From Mobula hypostoma (lineage: Eukaryota), in assembly GCF_963921235.1 (NCBI RefSeq), contig NC_086097.1, positions 236,036,001 to 236,100,000 of the forward strand: a stretch of DNA of 64,000 nt, written 5' to 3'. The notes beneath the pieces were generated by a model. The model had not been told where the DNA came from. It did not search any database and saw nothing but the letters and a program-made list of their open reading frames with translations. Position 1 is the first letter of the stretch. Each line of letters begins with the position of its first letter. This document shows positions 61,500 to 64,000 of the stretch, one piece after another. The translations under genes were made by a program, and so were the position numbers.

Positions 61500-61885
61500 C
61501 TTGATGCTGAGATACATCCTAGGATGCACTGGGGCGCATTATCAGTGATGTAACCTAGGTGTATCGGGTCTTTCAATATCAGGCACCTTTGTCCAGGTGG
61601 CCCAGTCAGGGACCAGCTAGTGTCCCAGCAGTATTGTTTTCGATCCAAAGTCATTTGGAGGCACACACAGCAGCCTCCATGACAGCTCTGAAGGCTCTTT
61701 TTTTGCAGCCCTATAACACCAAGGAGGGAGAAGGTGCTGCAGAGTGAGCAGCCAGCAAAACCTCTACAGTCTCGCATTGTCCCCTCCACCTGTCTCCAGC
61801 ATTGCTTTACCAGATCCTGGTATTTGGCTTTCTTACGCTCAAACACCTCCTCAACCTGATTTTTCCAAGGAACTGTCCGTCTACC
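61500..61885 (-). mobile_element. HERO-like (restriction-like endonuclease) non-LTR retrotransposon 3' fragment
   Basis: Minus-strand TVPW..EEVFERKKAKYQDLVKQC..CRGFAGCSL..LG..AS.WLW, the RLE C-terminal pattern of HERO-type elements. Confidence 0.7.
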
Positions 61886-62482
61886 ATGTCCAAGGTACCT
61901 TTGATAAGGCTAGGATTAAATACATGGGTTGCTTGGCAGCACAGCTCTTTGGGCTGGAAGGACCTGTTTCATGCTGTATGTCTATATAAATAAAGTGATA
62001 CTTCTTCACTTCATGTCAAAATGCGATATTTTCTGGAGTTATATCCCACACATATAGATACAAAACACAACTCCACATGACAGCAATTTATTCCTCCAGC
62101 TATTAAAGATATCACCTACAAACGATTAGATAATATCATCTTGCTGTGCTTAATAAGATATTAATGACGTCAGTAGAACATCATTCCAGATCTGTTTTTA
62201 GTTATTTATGTTTTAGTCATAGTATTGGAGTGCATTAAAGCAGGTGCTTTGGCTCAAGAAGTTCACACTAACCACGGATACCCATTGTAAATTCCAATGT
62301 AAATTCTCTTCACGTTAATTCCAATGTAAATTCTCTTCACGTTCCTATCACCTCTCATCAGAGAACACCACTCACCTTCACAATGCAAGCACGTCTTTGG
62401 GATGTGGTGGAAACTTGAGGGCATGGGGCAGTGGGGGGAGGGAAAATGAGGTGCCCTTGTAGAGAACATGTAAACTCTCCAC

Positions 62483-62562
62483 CAGGGTTCCCTAACCTTT
62501 CTTATGCCACAGTCCTCTACTATCGACCAAGAAGTCCATGGACACCAGGTTGCGAACTTCTG
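62483..62562. mobile_element. hAT-type MITE (80 bp)
   Basis: TIRs cagggttccctaacc / ggttgcgaacttctg and 8-bp TSD ctctccac / ctctacat. Sits inside a minus-strand V-SINE relic. Confidence 0.7.
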
Positions 62563-62640
62563 CTCTACATAAACACCACAGAAGGTCAAGTTTGAACCTG
62601 GAATTCAACACCTTAAATTACTGTCACTCTGCCACTCTGT

Positions 62641-62740
62641 AGCAACACACACAAAATGCTAGAGCAACTCAGCAGGTCAGACAGCATCCAGGAAAAGAGT
62701 ACAGTCGATGTTCTGGGCTGAAACCCTTTGGCAGGACTAT
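62641..62740 (-). mobile_element. Penelope pLTR fragment with decayed hammerhead core
   Basis: agcaacacacacaaaatgct..cagtcgatgttctgggctgaaaccctttggcaggac matches the family at 31947 and 48678. Confidence 0.7.
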
Positions 62741-63159
62741 GTTTGTCTCTGTCACTCTGTCCACACTTTTTGCTGCCTCAGTAAAGCAGCCAACATAATC
62801 AAAGACTCCCCCAAGCCTGGATATTCCCTCTTGGAGTATTCCAACATATTCTTGCCTTGAGCCTTAGAGATGGCAGGCAGACTTTGAGGAGTTAGGAGGT
62901 AATTTACTCACTGCCTCTGACCTGACCTTGTTCTCAAATAATGCACATGGATGACACAGTTTAGTTTTAGGTCTGATAATCCTCAGGATAATGACTATAG
63001 GGGATAAAATTATCTTAAAACATTAAATGTAAAACATAGAGCATTACTGCACAGTACAGGCCCTTAGGCCCATGATGTTATGCTCACTGTTTAACTTACA
63101 CTAGGATCAAACTAACCCTTCCCTCCTACATACAGTACTGTGCAAAATCTTAGGTGCCC

Positions 63160-63345
63160 CATCTCTTTGCCTTCTATGGGCAAGCCAGTTCTGGATCCAC
63201 AAAGCAATGTCCCCTTGAATCCCATGCCTCCTTGCTTTCTCATTAAGAGTTGCATGGGCTACCTTATCAAATGCCTTGCTGAAATCCATATACACTACAT
63301 CTACTGCTCTACCTTCATCAATGTGTTTAGTCACATCCTCAAAAA
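63160..63345 (-). mobile_element. CR1 RT internal fragment abutting a Tc1-type TIR end (63133-63158)
   Basis: FEDVTKHIDEGRAVDVVYMDFSKAFDKV..WIQNWLAHRRQR on the minus strand. Confidence 0.8.
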
Positions 63346-64000
63346 GGGTTGTTAGCCTTTGCTTTTTTATGTATTTTTTTTTGTAAAATGCTATTGTCTT
63401 TCTTTTTCCCTGCAAATGCCTGCAAAGAAATTAATCCTTGTAGCATGTACATACTCTGATAATAAACTTACTTTGAAGTTTGAAGCTAGTGTATTTTTTG
63501 CATAAATATAAATGTGCCACTTCGTTGATGGCAACATACAATATTATTCAATTCAATTTTAATTGTCATTCAACTATACATGAACACAGCCAATAACTCA
63601 GCTTTACCCTGGGGTCACGGCACAAAACGTGGTACCAACTGACACATGCAAGATAGCAATCACAAATGGTATCACAATCACATATTAAAAGATCCAGACT
63701 TGCACCATCAATCTGCAATTGACCACAATAGAGCAGACCACTTCTGCTGAGTGAACACTGGAGGAGAAGCAGGGGCATTGATTCCAGCCTGGACAACGGT
63801 GCAGTGTAGCGGCTCTGATGTCTCTCTCAGGCGACACTGTGGCTTGAGGCCTAGTCCTTGCATATACAAGAAGAAAATGACATATAAAATGACAGTAAAA
63901 TACAACCATACAAAGAGATATATGTATATAGTCTAGACCCTTCAGTTCACTGTAGATAGAACAAATATTAATATCTAGCTACTTTTACACTGTATGCAAT

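Noticed and set aside
1..64000. CRISPR array, prokaryotic operon or host protein-coding gene
   Set aside because: No regularly spaced repeat-spacer array or gene-dense organisation. Every ORF with recognisable motifs is TE- or retrovirus-derived. Short host exons cannot be excluded without RNA data.

Overview
Eukaryotic, repeat-saturated non-coding DNA. I find no host protein-coding exon, rRNA, tRNA gene or CRISPR array. The repeat set (CR1 LINEs with (TTTCTATG)n tails, V-SINEs, Rex1/Babar-like LINEs, Penelope-like elements) suggests a cartilaginous fish such as a ray or shark; this is inference. The main structure is an old, degraded class I (gamma/epsilon-like) endogenous retrovirus with LTR-gag-pol-env-LTR at about 13990-32689, which splits a CR1 3' tail. 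Nested inside it are a two-LTR Gypsy element (14595-24930), which itself holds a Sola2-like DDD transposase relic, a solo LTR and two CR1 pieces, plus a shrunken Gmr1-like LTR element and a Penelope 3' fragment. Elsewhere are a young CR1 whose ORF2 appears one base from intact (1042-4335), six further solo LTRs (seven in all, about four families, with perfect or decayed target-site duplications), RTE and HERO fragments, SINEs and MITEs. About ten Penelope-derived copies carry a minimal hammerhead ribozyme motif, including a 212-bp TSD-flanked fold-back insertion at 47433-47644. All family names come from recognising motifs by eye and were not checked against a database.
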